A stretch of DNA of 64,000 nucleotides from a bacterium (GCA_037130655.1 JBAXSP010000001.1:37641-101640); one strand, 5' to 3'. Counted from the first letter of the stretch, positions 48,733-58,993 are shown. Notes: generated from the sequence alone by a model not told the origin. Translations and numbers: made by a program.

Positions 48733-49812
48733 CTACTTAATGAAGTCTTTAACCGTCACTACAATCATCAAAAGCAACAACAGTCCCACCCCTACCAACT
48801 GCAATATCATTTGTACTTTTGGTGCGATTGGTCGGCGAATTAGTTTTTCAATTGCGATAATAAAAATCTTTCCTCCATCGAGCGCTGGAATTGGTACCAA
48901 GTTGATGACCGCCAAATTGACTGAAATCATTGCCGTAAATGTCAGCAAATACACGAAACCAAAACTTGCTGCACTCTTGGTTGCTTTGACCAATCCAACA
49001 GGACCTGTCACGTTGTCGAGTGCTCCACCACCGGTAAACATTTTTCCAATCAACTGACCGAGACCTTGTACTGTTTCGATCGTTGTATAATACGTCGCCA
49101 CAGTACCTGCCATGACTGCTTGATATGGTTTCAAGTGAAGTGTACCTATCATATCAAGCCCGATACCAATCTTTGGTGTGTCACCATTTTTTGCAACAGG
49201 AACCACTTTGATTGTTTTTTCAACACCTGCACGAGTGACTGTAAATGTGAGTGGTTTGTCGTTATTCAATGCGACCAAATTTTGAACTGTCTTTGGAGAA
49301 TCGGCTGAAATACGAGAAGATTCGTTGGTAACAGAAGTAATCGTATCCCCTGTTTTCATTCCTGCTTTTTCAGCGGGACTATTAGCAAGTACTTCAGTCA
49401 CCACCAACTTGGCATTTTGTACTTGTCCACCAAAAGACATTTTTGATGAAGCTTGCATACCAGTCATCGAAGCGATTGAGAATAGTACAATAGCGACAAT
49501 CAAATTCATACAAACACCCGCAATCAATACGGCGACTTGTTTCCATTTTGGGCTGTGAGAGAAACTGCGATGCTTCATCGATTCTTCGACTGGCGCATCA
49601 GGTTGCTCACCATAGAGCTTCACATAGCCACCAAATGGCAATGCGTTGATTGCATAGGTTGTCTCACCCTTTTTCTTTGACCACAACCGTGGAGGAAAAC
49701 CAAAAGCAAATTCTTGGACCCAAATCCCCAATTTCTTGGCAACAATAAAGTGCCCAAATTCATGAGCAACGACGAGCACTATAATGATGGCAAGAAAAAT
49801 TAAAATAGACAT
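48733..49812 (-). CDS. rseP: RIP metalloprotease RseP
   Basis: HEFGH, FGFPP, PFGGYV, PDZ domain, NLVPIPALDGG. Confidence 0.95.
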   Translation of the reverse strand: MSILIFLAIIIVLVVAHEFGHFIVAKKLGIWVQEFAFGFPPRLWSKKKGETTYAINALPFGGYVKLYGEQPDAPVEESMKHRSFSHSPKWKQVAVLIAGVCMNLIVAIVLFSIASMTGMQASSKMSFGGQVQNAKLVVTEVLANSPAEKAGMKTGDTITSVTNESSRISADSPKTVQNLVALNNDKPLTFTVTRAGVEKTIKVVPVAKNGDTPKIGIGLDMIGTLHLKPYQAVMAGTVATYYTTIETVQGLGQLIGKMFTGGGALDNVTGPVGLVKATKSAASFGFVYLLTFTAMISVNLAVINLVPIPALDGGKIFIIAIEKLIRRPIAPKVQMILQLVGVGLLLLLMIVVTVKDFIK

Positions 49813-49823
49813 AAAATGGCAAG

Positions 49824-49851
49824 TTTCTAGTTTCTAGTGACTAGGTTCTAG
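49824..49851. repeat. CTAG heptamer array (downstream arm of four-helix gene 1)
   Basis: TTTCTAG TTTCTAG TGACTAG GTTCTAG. Confidence 0.9.
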
Positions 49852-49860
49852 TAGAGAACA

Positions 49861-50226
49861 TTAGTTACGTGGTTCTAGTTTATTAATAATAGCACGAAGC
49901 ATCTTACTTATTTCAGTGAGTAATTCGAGTTCTTTTTCGACAGAAATATTATACAAATCTTTACATAAACAAAGTTGGGTTTCTAATTCAGAAGTAGAAC
50001 CATATGCAATATGTATAAACTGACAATAATCTTTCCTTGTTTTTCTACTACTACCTTCTGCAATATTAGAAACGATAGAAATAGATGATCGGCGCATTTG
50101 TGACTGTAATGCAAAGACTTCCGATTGCGGTAATTTTGAAGAAACTTTATAGACAGATTTCACTAGTTCGTATCCTTTCTGCCAAACAATCAAATCTTTA
50201 TATGATTTTATTTTGATATCAGACAT
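49861..50226 (-). CDS. Four helix bundle protein (23S rRNA-IVP / Avd-like), paralog 1
   Basis: YKDLIVWQK, LQSQMRRSSISIVSNIAEG, AYGSTSELETQL. Confidence 0.92.
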   Translation of the reverse strand: MSDIKIKSYKDLIVWQKGYELVKSVYKVSSKLPQSEVFALQSQMRRSSISIVSNIAEGSSRKTRKDYCQFIHIAYGSTSELETQLCLCKDLYNISVEKELELLTEISKMLRAIINKLEPRN

Positions 50227-50240
50227 TACTTGTGATTTTA

Positions 50241-50271
50241 CTAGTCACTAGAAACTAGCTACTAGAACCTA
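50241..50271. repeat. CTAG heptamer array (upstream arm of four-helix gene 1)
   Basis: CTAGTCA CTAGAAA CTAGCTA CTAGAAC CTA; the last CTA is the frr stop codon. Confidence 0.9.
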
Positions 50272-50823
50272 AACCGTCATTACTTCAACTTTCTTTTTTT
50301 CAAACAAAGCTTCTAGTTCTGCATTTGATGCATCAACCAATTTTTGTAGTTCATCTTGTCCGCGGAATTTTTCATCTTCGGTAAGGATGCCTTCTTTTTC
50401 TTGATCACGAATATCATTTTGTACTTCTTCGCGAGCCTTACGTACAGAGATACGAGCATCTTCCATTTTGTCTTTCAAAATCTTGACCAACTTTTCACGA
50501 TTTTCAGTTGTCAGCATCGGGAAGATTGCACGAATACCATCACTATCAGCAACGATAGATAGTCCGATGTCAGCAATTTGTAATGCTTTTTCGATATCTT
50601 TGACTTGATTTTTGTCCCACGGAGCAATACGAAGTGTGCGAGGGTCTTCGATGTTGACTGAAGCTACGTTTTTGATTGGTGACAATGCACCATATGCTTC
50701 AACCATAACACCATCTAGAATTGATGGAGTTGCACGCCCAGTATGCAAAGAGCTGTATTCTTTTGCGAGCCATTCGCTAATCTTTTTTGTTTCTTCTTTG
50801 AATTGTGAAAAATTGTATGCCAT
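50269..50823 (-). CDS. frr: Ribosome recycling factor
   Basis: TGRATPSILD, PWDK, P.LT.E.R, ARISVRKAR. Confidence 0.96.
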   Translation of the reverse strand: MAYNFSQFKEETKKISEWLAKEYSSLHTGRATPSILDGVMVEAYGALSPIKNVASVNIEDPRTLRIAPWDKNQVKDIEKALQIADIGLSIVADSDGIRAIFPMLTTENREKLVKILKDKMEDARISVRKAREEVQNDIRDQEKEGILTEDEKFRGQDELQKLVDASNAELEALFEKKKVEVMTV

Positions 50824-50851
50824 ATGTTTTTTAAATTAGGTTTTAATTATA

Positions 50852-51496
50852 CTATTTTATTACCGGTAGTGCGAGAGAAATATATTCGAGCAACATCTTC
50901 GGTGATGAACCTCGATCATTTGCAAATATCGTGTATTGCAACAGTGTCTCAATCAATGATGAATCAAAATTTCTCATTCGAGCACTGTGTGTAATTTCTG
51001 ACAAAAATGACCGGGTGAACACTCGAGCATCTTTTCCTTCATCAAATGAATCAAGTTTTTCTTTGACCCAAACAGTCCGCTGTCCGACAGTCATTTGAAG
51101 AAATAAAAGCGCTTCACTGTTTTCTTCGGTTTTTTCTTTTTTTATAACAAACACTCGAGAAAGCAGTGTTGGCGCAAGTGAACCAACATCCGGAATAATA
51201 AGAAAAATATACACTCCTTTGATCGGCTCTTCAAACAATTTCAGTAACGCTTGAATACTTTCAGAACCAAGACTGCCGGCGAGTATCACCATCGCGCGCT
51301 TTTCATACGCTTCATATGCAGATTGTTTGAATGCACGAGCATCATCAATAGAAAATTGTGTGTATCGTTCAATGAACAATGGATTCTCTGATGAGATAAT
51401 TCCTGCTTCTTTCAAAAAAGCTTCGAGTACGAGAAATTCAGCCTCGCCACCTTCGATAACATATGCATGATGTAATGGATGTTGTAGTGCTTCCAT
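50852..51496 (-). CDS. holB: DNA polymerase III delta'-like subunit
   Basis: HHAYVI, SIDDAR, QALLKLFEEP, PTLLSR. Confidence 0.75.
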   Translation of the reverse strand: MEALQHPLHHAYVIEGGEAEFLVLEAFLKEAGIISSENPLFIERYTQFSIDDARAFKQSAYEAYEKRAMVILAGSLGSESIQALLKLFEEPIKGVYIFLIIPDVGSLAPTLLSRVFVIKKEKTEENSEALLFLQMTVGQRTVWVKEKLDSFDEGKDARVFTRSFLSEITHSARMRNFDSSLIETLLQYTIFANDRGSSPKMLLEYISLALPVIK

Positions 51497-51518
51497 AAAT
51501 ATAAAATTATTTTTTCAA

Positions 51519-52532
51519 TTACTTTTTAGAGAGGAGTGTTTTCTTGTAAGTATCTAAGTGTGCGAGTGTGCTTGCGGTACCATTGACCACACAATACAGT
51601 GCATTGTCAGCCAGTCGAGCCTTCACTCCAGTTTTTCTGAAAACCAATTCTGGTAATCCGCGCAATTGCGAAGAACCACCAGTCATAATAATACCGTAAT
51701 CAATAATATCAGAAGCGAGTTCTGGTGGAGTTTCGGCAAGCACTTCTTTGATTGCACCGATCATCAGACGAAGTTCTGGATCAATCGCAGCAACTATTTC
51801 GTTTGTTCCAAGGTTGATTGTTTTTGGTAAACCTTCGATATAATCTCGTCCTTTGATATCCATAAATAATTCTTCTTCGAGCGGAATCGCGGCACCGATT
51901 TTTGTTTTGATTTCTTCAGCAGTTTTGTCTCCAATTGCAAGATTGTGTACTTTTTTCATATGATCAGCGATTGCTTGATCAATGCGATTACCGGCACATT
52001 TGACCGATGTACACGCAACAATACCACCGAGCGAGATCACGGCCGCATCTGTCGTACCTCCACCAATGTCGACGATCATGTATCCTTTTGATTCGTTGAT
52101 TGGAATTCCTGCACCAAGTGCCGCAAGAATTGGTTCCTTCACCACATATGCATTTTTTGCTCCGGCACGAATCGCTGCTTCAATAACTGCACGGCGTTCA
52201 GTCGAAGTCACACCAGCAGGAACTGAGATAAGCACGTCTGGTTTGACCAAAGACCACTTAGGAGTAGCTTTGCCGATGAAATAGCGTAACATCGCCTCAG
52301 TGACTCTGTAGTCCGCAATAACACCGTCTTTCATTGGACGATAAGCAATGATATGCTCTGGAGTTTTACCGATCATTTCTTTGGCTTCGATACCGATAGC
52401 CAGGATTTTGTTATCTTGCTCAGACACCGCCACCACAGACGGCTCATTGACAACAATTCCCTTTCCAGGCACAAAAACCAGCGTATTGGCTGTCCCCAAA
52501 TCAATCCCTAGTTTTTTGGAAAATAATGACAT
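51519..52532 (-). CDS. mreB: Rod shape-determining protein MreB
   Basis: GIDLGTANT, EPSVVA, RPMKDGVIAD, VDIGGGTT. Confidence 0.96.
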   Translation of the reverse strand: MSLFSKKLGIDLGTANTLVFVPGKGIVVNEPSVVAVSEQDNKILAIGIEAKEMIGKTPEHIIAYRPMKDGVIADYRVTEAMLRYFIGKATPKWSLVKPDVLISVPAGVTSTERRAVIEAAIRAGAKNAYVVKEPILAALGAGIPINESKGYMIVDIGGGTTDAAVISLGGIVACTSVKCAGNRIDQAIADHMKKVHNLAIGDKTAEEIKTKIGAAIPLEEELFMDIKGRDYIEGLPKTINLGTNEIVAAIDPELRLMIGAIKEVLAETPPELASDIIDYGIIMTGGSSQLRGLPELVFRKTGVKARLADNALYCVVNGTASTLAHLDTYKKTLLSKK

Positions 52533-52614
52533 TTATGGAGTGATTATAGCAAACAATACCCCTTTATTAAAATGTGATCCGTGCTATATTTCTAGACGGA
52601 AAAACAACATACTT

Positions 52615-53064
52615 ATGTTTAAGAAAATCTGGTCCTTTTTCAAAACAATAAAACAGAATAGTTACGATATACAAAAACGTTCGTGGGGATTTGAATGCAT
52701 TCTAGTATCGAGACATAATCCATTGATTATTCATCTTATTGATACAAGAACAAAAAGCTACGGACAATTGATTGATAGTGTAGAAAACAATGAATATCTT
52801 TTTTTAGAAGAAAAAACACTCATTGCGTTTAAGGAAAAATTTTCACTAAATACCAACTTCTATCGAGCAATGTTGATTGATCCGAATCCAAAAAACTACG
52901 GGAAAGCTATTGTGGAAAGAAAAAACTATCTACGAATCACAACAATAGAAAACCAACGATTAATTGAACTAATCAATCTCAAAAAACTAATCGGTGATTC
53001 TTTGCAAAACAATCTTTTTTATATCGTCATCAAAAAAAGCACCATCGTAATGGTGCTTTTTTAA
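52615..53064 (+). CDS. Hypothetical protein
   Basis: ORF from MFKKIW; the upstream extension overlaps mreB and is rejected. Confidence 0.5.
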   Translation: MFKKIWSFFKTIKQNSYDIQKRSWGFECILVSRHNPLIIHLIDTRTKSYGQLIDSVENNEYLFLEEKTLIAFKEKFSLNTNFYRAMLIDPNPKNYGKAIVERKNYLRITTIENQRLIELINLKKLIGDSLQNNLFYIVIKKSTIVMVLF

Positions 53065-53984
53065 TTTTCATGATCATAGTTTTCCATATACTCAAAAATA
53101 ACTTTAGCACATTTTCTCATATCAAAATATTTATATGGATTTTTGGTTTTGGTGACAGTGAACACAGAAACGACATACTGAGAATTCTTTCCTGTGACCA
53201 CACCACAATCATTAGACCAACGAATAACAGTCCATTTGTTTTGAATCAATCTAATAAAAGCTCTTATTGGTGAAGTTTTATAAAAGTTCGTTTCGAGCCA
53301 TCCACCTTTGCGATAATATGAAATGTATTCTGGAATATAAAGACCACCTCTCCCTTCTCTGTTCCATCTGAGCATATATTCTTTCAACTTCTTCGAAACA
53401 AAAGGACTAACCAACTGTTCTGTTTCAACTAGATACATAAACTCTGCACAATGTCTTGCACAAGACATTGTTGTTTCAGAAAATCGATACGGTTTATCTT
53501 CTTTTATTCTATCTAGAAATTTGCGTGTCACTTCGCTTCCGTGCCAATTGTATTTGTGAATGATGTGCTCTGTAATAGATTCTCGCCCAACTAAATCAAT
53601 CAGTGTATTTGAGGCAGTGTTGTCACTACGAGTGAGCATCAAATCAAGTAGACAATCAACACTTACCTTGTCGCCAACATTCAGTAATTTGCGAGTATCT
53701 CCTGAAAAAATTCGAGTGTCTTTATCTACATCGTTCGGTGATTTTATTTCAACCATTTGTTCAAGCGAGAAATCTCCAATTTCAACCCGTCGCAACATTT
53801 CTGCTCCGATAAAAATCTTATAGACCGAAGCTGGATAGATAAAATGGTCTATATTATATCCAAATATTTTTGGTTCTTGTTGTTTCAGATCAATAATCGC
53901 AATACCTATTTCGCCATTCAAAAAACCTTCTTTCTCTAAAAGGTTTTTAATCTCAAGACTTCGGACAGAATTTTCAGCAAACAT
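53061..53984 (-). CDS. Serine hydrolase, class A beta-lactamase-like fold
   Basis: PASVYK (SxxK), SDN, KGG, NDCG. Confidence 0.85.
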   Translation of the reverse strand: MFAENSVRSLEIKNLLEKEGFLNGEIGIAIIDLKQQEPKIFGYNIDHFIYPASVYKIFIGAEMLRRVEIGDFSLEQMVEIKSPNDVDKDTRIFSGDTRKLLNVGDKVSVDCLLDLMLTRSDNTASNTLIDLVGRESITEHIIHKYNWHGSEVTRKFLDRIKEDKPYRFSETTMSCARHCAEFMYLVETEQLVSPFVSKKLKEYMLRWNREGRGGLYIPEYISYYRKGGWLETNFYKTSPIRAFIRLIQNKWTVIRWSNDCGVVTGKNSQYVVSVFTVTKTKNPYKYFDMRKCAKVIFEYMENYDHEN

Positions 53985-54004
53985 AATATAAATATTTTTC
54001 TATA

Positions 54005-55492
54005 TTACTTCAATAACTCTTTCAATGTCTCAATTACCAATTGCGGATTTGCAGAACCATTTGATTCTTTGATCACCTTACCGACGAGTGCCATAATGGC
54101 GTTTTCTTTGCCACCTTTGTAAGTTGCTACAACATCAGGATTTTCGTCGAGAATTTTTTGCGCAAGTATTTTGAGTCCTTCGGTATCGTTACTTTGGAAG
54201 AGATTCTTTTCTTCAGCTATTTTCGCAGGGCTTTCATCGTTTACGACAATCATTGCAAGAATATCTTTTGCTGTACGAGAAGAGATTTTGTTTTCACTAA
54301 AGAGTATGACTAATTCTGCAAAGTGAGCAGTGGTTGGAAGTTTTGATTCAGGAATTGTTTTCTTGATGCCAACATAATCAGAAGTCAGAAAGTTTGATGC
54401 GGTTTGAATGTATCTTTTATCAGTAAGCAACGGAACAACTTGCTCGAAATAATCTCCGAGTTCTTTGTCATTGATATAACTTTCTGTGTCTTCGGCTTTG
54501 ATACCGAATTCGTTCAAAAAACGTGCACGTCGTCCAGACGGAAGTTCTGGTAATCCAGCTTTCAAGTTGTTCAAATCAAACAAACTATGTAAATAGAATT
54601 TTGGAATATCTGGTTCAGGGAAATAGCGATAGTCGTGAGCGTCTTCTTTTGCTCGCTGTGAGAAAGTTGATTGTTTGATTTCATCCCAGCCACGAGTTTC
54701 TTGCACGAGTTCGTCAGCTTTTCCTGCTTCAATCATTTCTTTCATTCGATTGAGTTCAAACAATACTGCGCGTTCAACACTGCGGAATGAGTTTAGATTC
54801 TTCACTTCAGTTTTGGTACCAAGTGCACCTTTGTATTTTGACAGATCAAGTCGTCCGACGATTGCTGGTACACCTTTTCCATCCAACTTACTTTTTTGGG
54901 CAAGAGAAATATTTGCTTCCACACGCATTTCACCTTTTTCCATATTTGCTTCACCAACACCGAGGTATTGCAGAAGTAGTTGCAATTCACGTCCGAAGTT
55001 CCCTGTCGCCTTAGACGCTCCTTCAAATGAATCAAACATATGCGCTTCGGTTACAAGCTCCATGAGTGGCACCCCTGCGCGATTGTAGTCAATCAAAGAA
55101 AAGTCTCCGCGGTCATGCTTTGAGTTGGCAGTGTCTTCTTCCAAGTGAATACGAGTAATATCAAAATCCGCCAAGTGTCCATTTGAAACGATTGGATATT
55201 TGTATTGTGTGATCTGATAGCCTTTTGGAATATCAGGATAGAAATAGTTTTTGCGATCGAATTCAGAAAAGTCTGCAATATCAGCACCTATTGCAAGGCC
55301 GACTTTGATGACATTTTCAATTGCCTTTTTGTTTGGTACTGGAAGTGTGCCCGGATGCGCCATACAGACCGGACAAATGTTCACATTCGGACGAGTTTCG
55401 TCTGCGTCGTTTTTGCACGAACAAAACATCTTCGAATTGGTTTTCAATTCTGCGTGTACTTCGATTCCGATGACTGGGTAATATTCGTTCAT
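54005..55492 (-). CDS. gatB: Asp/Glu-tRNA amidotransferase subunit B
   Basis: IGIEVHAEL, FDRKNYFYPD, DYNRAGVPLMELVT, YRYFPEPD. Confidence 0.97.
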   Translation of the reverse strand: MNEYYPVIGIEVHAELKTNSKMFCSCKNDADETRPNVNICPVCMAHPGTLPVPNKKAIENVIKVGLAIGADIADFSEFDRKNYFYPDIPKGYQITQYKYPIVSNGHLADFDITRIHLEEDTANSKHDRGDFSLIDYNRAGVPLMELVTEAHMFDSFEGASKATGNFGRELQLLLQYLGVGEANMEKGEMRVEANISLAQKSKLDGKGVPAIVGRLDLSKYKGALGTKTEVKNLNSFRSVERAVLFELNRMKEMIEAGKADELVQETRGWDEIKQSTFSQRAKEDAHDYRYFPEPDIPKFYLHSLFDLNNLKAGLPELPSGRRARFLNEFGIKAEDTESYINDKELGDYFEQVVPLLTDKRYIQTASNFLTSDYVGIKKTIPESKLPTTAHFAELVILFSENKISSRTAKDILAMIVVNDESPAKIAEEKNLFQSNDTEGLKILAQKILDENPDVVATYKGGKENAIMALVGKVIKESNGSANPQLVIETLKELLK

Positions 55493-55637
55493 AATTTATA
55501 GAGAAATTATAGCAAAGAAAATGGTTTTTGGCTTTGTTTGACAAATAATTATAATACTATATAATATATACAGTGTTTAATTGGTTATTTTTATTCCTTT
55601 ATGGGACTAAAAATAACCAATTAAACTAAAGTACATT

Positions 55638-55958
55638 ATGCATTTATTAGAAATTTTAAAAACGAACGGAACAGGTCTATTACAAGGACTCTGCCGTCCA
55701 AAAGAATATGATTCTTTTCCAGAAATTCCCAAATTGTTAACAGGAAATCAAAATACTGACCCTGCAAATATACAATTTTCCCTTAATGAGAAATACTTAG
55801 GAGAGTGTGAAGTTAAATTTACAGCACTCCATAGTGATGATTTAGGTGCTGTAGCAATATCTACAGATGAAAAAATTTCTTTTGATTTTACATGGGAAAA
55901 CGATTGTAGTGATCATTGTTACTTTAAAGCAACACTGTCTCAATCAAATAGAAATTAA
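55638..55958 (+). CDS. Hypothetical protein
   Basis: 106-aa ORF with TTGACA promoter, hairpin leader and terminator. Confidence 0.55.
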   Translation: MHLLEILKTNGTGLLQGLCRPKEYDSFPEIPKLLTGNQNTDPANIQFSLNEKYLGECEVKFTALHSDDLGAVAISTDEKISFDFTWENDCSDHCYFKATLSQSNRN

Positions 55959-56006
55959 TATAATCCCATATTTAAAAGCCCGCCGAATGCGACGGGCTTT
56001 TTTTAT

Positions 56007-56981
56007 TTATCCATTTTTTCTTAAAACACCGATCAGTTCGTCAGAGAATTTTTTGACTGATTCGTCATCAAAGAGTGACACAACAAATACTGGTTTGCCG
56101 AGCTTTGAAAATTCTTTTTCAGTACTCTTGATTGTCGCTTCATCGGTCACGTCAGTTTTTGTTAGAAGAATTATTTCATCTTTTGCATCAAGTCCGTTTG
56201 CGTATTGTTCCAATTCTTTACGAATCTGTTTGTATGTTTCCATCATATGTTCGTTTTCGAAAGAAACAAGGTGTACCAACATTTTTGTGCGTTTGATATG
56301 GCGGAGGAATTTTGTTCCAAGTCCTTTCCCTTCTGAAGCACCTTCAATCAATCCTGGAATATCTGCAAGAATGTATCCATAGAAATCTCCCAAGTTCGGA
56401 TCAAGTGTCGTAAATTGGTATGAACCAATTTTTGCTTTGGCATTAGTTAGTGCATTCAAAAGAGATGATTTGCCAGCATTTGGTAATCCAACAAAACCAA
56501 CATCAGCAAAAAGTTCAAGTTCAATATGAAAATCTGCTTCGTCACCTTCTCGTCCAGGAGTTGCACGTTCGGGAGTAGTGTTGGTTGATGATTTGAAATG
56601 TTCATTTCCGAGTCCGCCTTGCCCACCACGAAGCACGATAACTTTTTCATTTTCTTTGAGTACGGTAAAAGAGAAACTGGTTGTCTTGTTGGTCACAATA
56701 GAACCGACTGGCACATCGATAATGCAGTCTGCCCCATCAGAACCATGTTTACTACCACCCATTCCAGCTTCACCGTTTTCTGCTTCAAAACTACGCTTGG
56801 CTTTGTAACGAGCGAGAATGCTAACATCGCGAATACCGCGAATATAGACATCACCTCCACGTCCACCATCACCACCGTTTGGTCCACCTTTGTCGATGTA
56901 TTTTTCTTGACGCCAACGAACAACACCGTTTCCTCCGGTTCCCGCTTTGGCACTAATTGTTACTTCGTCGATCAATTGCAT
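56007..56981 (-). CDS. obgE: GTPase ObgE
   Basis: GGPNGGDGGRGG, VGLPNAGKSS, FTTLDPNLG, DIPGLIEGA. Confidence 0.97.
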   Translation of the reverse strand: MQLIDEVTISAKAGTGGNGVVRWRQEKYIDKGGPNGGDGGRGGDVYIRGIRDVSILARYKAKRSFEAENGEAGMGGSKHGSDGADCIIDVPVGSIVTNKTTSFSFTVLKENEKVIVLRGGQGGLGNEHFKSSTNTTPERATPGREGDEADFHIELELFADVGFVGLPNAGKSSLLNALTNAKAKIGSYQFTTLDPNLGDFYGYILADIPGLIEGASEGKGLGTKFLRHIKRTKMLVHLVSFENEHMMETYKQIRKELEQYANGLDAKDEIILLTKTDVTDEATIKSTEKEFSKLGKPVFVVSLFDDESVKKFSDELIGVLRKNG

Positions 56982-56986
56982 AGTTT

Positions 56987-57020
56987 AAAGTCGTTAGTCT
57001 ATTAGTCACTTAGTCGTTAG
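56987..57020. repeat. TTAGTC 7/8-nt array (downstream arm of four-helix gene 2)
   Basis: AAAGTCG TTAGTCTA TTAGTCAC TTAGTCG TTAG. Confidence 0.88.
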
Positions 57021-57031
57021 AATGTGAAAAT

Positions 57032-57388
57032 CTATTTGCTTGTGTTTTTTATTAATACTCTAAGTATCTTAAGGATTTCAGTAAGAAGATTTTCAACATT
57101 TTCATACTTTTCTATATTACCATATTTTAATCTTTTTGCAATAGTAAGATGTGTTTCAATTTCTGCACCTGAAGCGAATGCGATTAATAAAAATCGTTTA
57201 AACTCAACTTCTCCTCCTCTCATCCTACCTTCTGCAATGTTTGCAGAAATAGAAACAGCAGCTCTTCTTGTCTGAGAAATCAATCCATATCTTTCATCTT
57301 CTGGAAAATCTTTGAGGAGCTCATAGACAGCAATAACAAGGTCTATACTTTTTTGCCAAACAATGAGATTCTTATAATTTTCATTCAT
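57032..57388 (-). CDS. Four helix bundle protein (23S rRNA-IVP / Avd-like), paralog 2
   Basis: YKNLIVWQK, FPEDERYGLISQTRRAAVSISANIAEG. Confidence 0.93.
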   Translation of the reverse strand: MNENYKNLIVWQKSIDLVIAVYELLKDFPEDERYGLISQTRRAAVSISANIAEGRMRGGEVEFKRFLLIAFASGAEIETHLTIAKRLKYGNIEKYENVENLLTEILKILRVLIKNTSK

Positions 57389-57401
57389 ATGTTTTTCTAT
57401 A

Positions 57402-57430
57402 TGACTAAGCGACTAACAGACTAATTGACT
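57402..57430. repeat. GACTAA 7/8-nt array (upstream arm of four-helix gene 2)
   Basis: TGACTAAG CGACTAA CAGACTAA TTGACT; contains the MYG1 stop codon. Confidence 0.88.
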
Positions 57431-58329
57431 CCTATAAGTGCCTTAGTTGCTATCTGCATCGCACTTTCTTTTGTTTTGGTCACACATAAAAATCTGCAGT
57501 TGTGACAGAAAACAACATCAGAAACACCTGTCGTTTGTTCGAGTTCTTTTTCTTTCAAACCTGCCCAACTTTCAGGAAACTTTTTACGCGGAGTAAATTC
57601 ATTATTTGAATCCTTAATAGTCTCTACTCGCCACCCTCCTCCTGTACCACTTCTCGGAAGCACCACAAACAACACTTCTGGTTTTTCAAGAAGCACTGAA
57701 TTCAAATCATATCGCGAGACATATTCATCGAGTACCAAGATGCTTTTTTCTGGACTTGATTCAAACACAGACAAAATCATTTGTTTTTTTGTAATAAAAC
57801 TGGTGGCTTTGCGAATTTCACCAGAGAGAATTTCTTGTGCGAGCGAAACTGCATTCATAAATGCTTTATATTTCTCTTTGTCTGTGGCAGTATCCAATGC
57901 TTCAATACTAGAGAGCACATCATTGATTGTGTATGGGAAAATACTTGCTTCTTTGATACAACTCATTCCATTGTCGATTGCATCGATCGGAAAAACGAGT
58001 CGCTGTTCAATCATACTTGCAACCTCTTCGTTTCCATTACACACAGATACTCCGTACTCTTTCCATACCAGACCAAACGATGCATACGGAATCGTATTTG
58101 TTCGAACACCTGCACCGCCAATTTGATGATGATCAAAACGGTTAATAGAAGCATCATACACACCACCGACATCAATTACGAAATCTGCTTTGTCTATTTC
58201 TTTTTGATCACGCGTACGAATGACACGAATAGCACCTTTCAAAAAAAGTGAAAGTGTGGCGCAAGCAAAAACATCATCTGCGTGATAACTACCATTGTGC
58301 ACCGCGATTGTTTTTTTCAGAAACCACAT
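57421..58329 (-). CDS. MYG1 family (DHH-like) exonuclease
   Basis: HNGSYHADD, RTRD, DVGGVYD...FDHHQ, DAIDNG, FPESWAG, FCH. Confidence 0.92.
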   Translation of the reverse strand: MWFLKKTIAVHNGSYHADDVFACATLSLFLKGAIRVIRTRDQKEIDKADFVIDVGGVYDASINRFDHHQIGGAGVRTNTIPYASFGLVWKEYGVSVCNGNEEVASMIEQRLVFPIDAIDNGMSCIKEASIFPYTINDVLSSIEALDTATDKEKYKAFMNAVSLAQEILSGEIRKATSFITKKQMILSVFESSPEKSILVLDEYVSRYDLNSVLLEKPEVLFVVLPRSGTGGGWRVETIKDSNNEFTPRKKFPESWAGLKEKELEQTTGVSDVVFCHNCRFLCVTKTKESAMQIATKALIGVN

Positions 58330-58386
58330 AATTTATTATACGTATCATAACATAAAAAATACGGAACCTCTCGGGTCCGTATTTTG

Positions 58387-58992
58387 TTACTCATTATTTC
58401 TCCATTCTGCAATTGCTTTTGCCAAAGAAATGAGTAATCTTTGGACAATGATAAACAAGACGATGAAGAGTAGTACAAAAATAATAATTTTCCTGAAGTC
58501 ATGACTGATATTCATTGCTGTGTAGGAGAAAAAATACCCAATTCCAAACAATCCAAAAGCCCAAACAAATAATGAAGAGAAATCAGCTTTCAGTACTTTT
58601 TTGAATGGAATTTTTGAATAGCCTGAAAAAATAAGGGTGAACATATGCAGTCCGAGTGTAAAAAATCGTGCTGCAAAAATAGACCAAAATGGCTTCCTTT
58701 CAAATCGCGGGAGAAAATAATCGATTCGCTTTTTGATCACCATAAAAAATCGATGCGCACCAAACTTACGCACCAGAAGAGACCCAATACCATATCCCAA
58801 AAAGAGTTTTGCAATTCCACCTAAAATAATGACAGCGAGTGTTACCGGAACTGAAATCGCACCCAAATGAGAAAGTGCGCCGGCAACAAGCACGATCACA
58901 TCACCCTCTATAATGATACCGAGAACAATAACCGCGTAAGTAAAAAATTGGTGCGAACCAACAAGTGAAGTAAATTCGAACAAATGATGCAT
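58387..58992 (-). CDS. DedA family membrane protein
   Basis: EGD.I...G, Y.IG and ARF motifs. Confidence 0.85.
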   Translation of the reverse strand: MHHLFEFTSLVGSHQFFTYAVIVLGIIIEGDVIVLVAGALSHLGAISVPVTLAVIILGGIAKLFLGYGIGSLLVRKFGAHRFFMVIKKRIDYFLPRFERKPFWSIFAARFFTLGLHMFTLIFSGYSKIPFKKVLKADFSSLFVWAFGLFGIGYFFSYTAMNISHDFRKIIIFVLLFIVLFIIVQRLLISLAKAIAEWRNNE

Positions 58993-58993
58993 A

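Noticed and set aside
53061-53984. Bona fide beta-lactam resistance gene
   Set aside because: No signal peptide, KGG instead of KTG, and no clear omega-loop Glu; only the fold can be supported.
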